A stretch of DNA of 64,000 nt from Candidatus Bathyarchaeota archaeon. GTDB lineage: Archaea > Thermoproteota > Bathyarchaeia > Bathyarchaeales > Bathycorpusculaceae. Under the pieces are notes generated by a model, which worked only from the letters and a program-made list of their open reading frames with translations, did no database searches and was not told where the DNA came from. This document shows positions 61,898-64,000 of this stretch, one piece after another. Both the position numbers and the translations under genes were made by a program. Location: the NCBI GenBank assembly GCA_963770935.1, contig CAVYRJ010000008.1, positions 96,001-160,000 on the forward strand, given 5' to 3'. Position 1 is the first letter of the stretch. Every line of letters begins with the position of its first letter.

Positions 61898-62716
61898 TCA
61901 TCTATGTTCAGGTTTGTTTTTTCTTACCGCAAGAAAGTTTGATATTAGCATTATCTCCCACCGAGGACGATAGTCCTTTACTAAGCGCAAGCCATTTTGT
62001 AATACTCGATAAATCCGATATTTATCATTAAGCAAGTAATAGAAATCTTGAAAGTATGTTTTTGAATCGATATTGCAGCCAAATTCAAATTGAATAAAAT
62101 CGATAGCATCCTTTTCTAACATCTTTTTGCTTCCCTTAAGGCAATTTAGCTCGTTTCCTTCTACGTCTAATTTTAGTAGATTAATATGGCTAATTTTATT
62201 TTTAATGCAAAAACTATCTAATGTTTGGATTTCAACCTCCTGTTTGAAAGTTAGCCTTGTATCTACAAAATCAAGTCGCCGATCATATAGGCTTGCCATT
62301 TCTGAGTTGTTACCGTCTGAATATAATATGCTGGTTTCATCAACTGCTCCTAACCCAATGTTATATAAAAAAATGTTGCCAGTTTGGTTTACGTTGCCTT
62401 TTAGTTTGCTAAATGTTGATTTGGAAGGCTCAAAGGCGAACAATGTTACTTTTTTGCCAAAGACACTTAAGATTTGGTTTGTATAGTTACCAACATTGGC
62501 ACCAACATCAAAAATAACTATTTCAGAATTGGAAAAATGAGTCTTTATTGTTTTTAAGAGGTTTGCTTCTCCAGAATCGCTAACTTGTGTTACCGAATAA
62601 TTCATACCAATAAGAGACAAACCATGCATGGCTTCAAAGAGCCACTGGGTATATGTTTTTCCTAAGAAAGAGCCAAGCAATTTCTTTTCAAATTTATATT
62701 TACGATAATTATTCAA
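61898..62716 (-). CDS. FkbM family methyltransferase
   Basis: IFDVGANVG, AFEP, TLD, LLKLDVEGNEL..LKG, IQFEFG. Confidence 0.92.
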   Translation of the reverse strand: MNNYRKYKFEKKLLGSFLGKTYTQWLFEAMHGLSLIGMNYSVTQVSDSGEANLLKTIKTHFSNSEIVIFDVGANVGNYTNQILSVFGKKVTLFAFEPSKSTFSKLKGNVNQTGNIFLYNIGLGAVDETSILYSDGNNSEMASLYDRRLDFVDTRLTFKQEVEIQTLDSFCIKNKISHINLLKLDVEGNELNCLKGSKKMLEKDAIDFIQFEFGCNIDSKTYFQDFYYLLNDKYRIYRVLQNGLRLVKDYRPRWEIMLISNFLAVRKNKPEHR

Positions 62717-63208
62717 GTGAAGTTCAACCGCTACCGCTCATTGTTGTAGATATTAGCTTTTTAAGATTAGAGATAAACAACAAAAATTATGAACTTTGCT
62801 CAAGGTTATCACCGACAAGATAACGTTATAAACAATTTTGATTAGCGATAGCTTTTCTTAAGTAGTTCTTTTCTTTATTTAAGCCAAAGGGGGTTAAAAC
62901 TCTCATGACCAGTTTTTTCTTTTAGTCTAAGTTCATAAGTTGGATTTATAATGAAGAATTTTAAGGTCATTTTTTTAATCGCAGGTTCCGCATGATTATA
63001 TTTATCTTCTACTTCTTTGAGAAAAGTGTATTGAAGTGTATAAATAACGTATGTATAGTGTATATATAATGATACAATTAAGCGATCGCTAGCTCGCATA
63101 AATTTAGAGATTTCCACTTTAATGCTTGTTCTTAAACGCTTCTTATTTACCCATTGATTAAATTCGACATTTTTCCTATGCAAATTTGTTGTTCCCATCA
63201 TTAATAAA

Positions 63209-64000
63209 CTACTCTTCATCAACCACTTCAATATTTACATAACGTTTCCTGACAGCTACTATCAATCCTACGATTATCAAGGGAATGATTGCGACAGCTA
63301 TAATTGTGCGCACTGATAACCAGTTCTTCTGTATTATTGGTGTTGGGGAAGGAGATTGCAAATTTGGTGATTTCGGCGACTGGTTAGGTGTCGCAGAGGG
63401 TACGGCATATGAGCTTGGATTTGTTGACGGCATGGGAGAATAATTTGACAGTAGTTCGGATACAACTGCAATCGTGTGATTCCCTGTTATATTTTTCAAG
63501 GTGTAATTCGCAAGCTCACCATAGTCATCTCCATCAATGAAAACATGTGTTATCTTATACCCAGTCTTGTTATTGATCGTAAAGAGCTGAGAATTACCAT
63601 AGTCAACCAAGAAATCACCGGAAGGAGAAATATCTGATCCAGAATCTCCTTTAGATGAAATTGTAAACCTCGACGGAGCGGAAGTTGCCTTAACAATATG
63701 GCCCTCCGTAACGTTATTGAATGTGTAGCTGTTGATTTGCCCTTGTGATTCACCATCAACTATGACGTCAAAAGTATATCCTTGGCTGGTGTTAAAATTA
63801 AAAGTCTGTTTTCCCCAGTAAGGAACTGAAACATTTGAGGGGTAAATTCCTGACTGTGGATCCGTGTATGTTACTATGTTATAGGTGTTCCAGTCTAAAA
63901 TTGCGCTTGAAGAAGTAGCAAGCCATAGCGTTGTAGTGTAATTCCGGCTATTCCAAACACCCGTAGTAAATGTGGGTTGACCTAGGTTGGTCCAGATATT
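63209..64000 (-). CDS. C-terminal part of a cell-surface protein with InlB B-repeat-like beta modules, P/S/T linker and TM anchor (frameshifted; 5' end outside window)
   Basis: V.YG..Q.F.I....GY.I..V.IDG....YT..N....HTI modules; SPxP linker; C-terminal TM helix followed by RKR. Confidence 0.65.
   Translation of the reverse strand, partial: NIWTNLGQPTFTTGVWNSRNYTTTLWLATSSSAILDWNTYNIVTYTDPQSGIYPSNVSVPYWGKQTFNFNTSQGYTFDVIVDGESQGQINSYTFNNVTEGHIVKATSAPSRFTISSKGDSGSDISPSGDFLVDYGNSQLFTINNKTGYKITHVFIDGDDYGELANYTLKNITGNHTIAVVSELLSNYSPMPSTNPSSYAVPSATPNQSPKSPNLQSPSPTPIIQKNWLSVRTIIAVAIIPLIIVGLIVAVRKRYVNIEVVDEE

Noticed and set aside
62875-63231. 118-aa minus-strand ORF
   Set aside because: Overlaps the end of the surface-protein gene, is AT-rich and has no motif; not supportable as a gene
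1-64000. Many short antisense or overlapping ORFs in the track; CRISPR arrays; rRNA
   Set aside because: The short ORFs are shadows of well-supported genes; no regularly spaced repeat-spacer array or rRNA-like sequence was seen

Overview
Archaeal chromosomal segment, most consistent with a Bathyarchaeia (TACK) genome. This is inferred from archaeosine TGT, an SmAP3-type Lsm, PAC2, archaemetzincin, a presenilin-like protease, AGGTGA-type Shine-Dalgarno sites and frequent TTG/GTG starts. Positions ~0.5-54 kb are mostly core genes: a membrane-anchored S53 protease, ileS, three ABC systems, NurA-HerA, a beta-CASP RNase, tgtA, glmM-glmU, a type IV pilus locus and acdB. Positions ~54-64 kb are an accessory stretch of small DNA-binding orphan genes followed by surface and glycan-modification genes. 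About 20 single-base frameshifts split otherwise intact genes and are probably long-read assembly errors. The most notable observations are: (1) a solitary, minimal contractile-tail (eCIS-type) sheath gene with no tube, baseplate or phage genes in the window, placed directly behind a wHTH gene that is divergent from NurA-HerA; (2) a ~1250-aa pilus-associated adhesin with a nested architecture, in which one domain is inserted inside a homologous copy of itself; (3) three consecutive pilin-like genes that lack the class III leader peptide. No rRNA, tRNA, CRISPR array, integrase or transposase was recognised.
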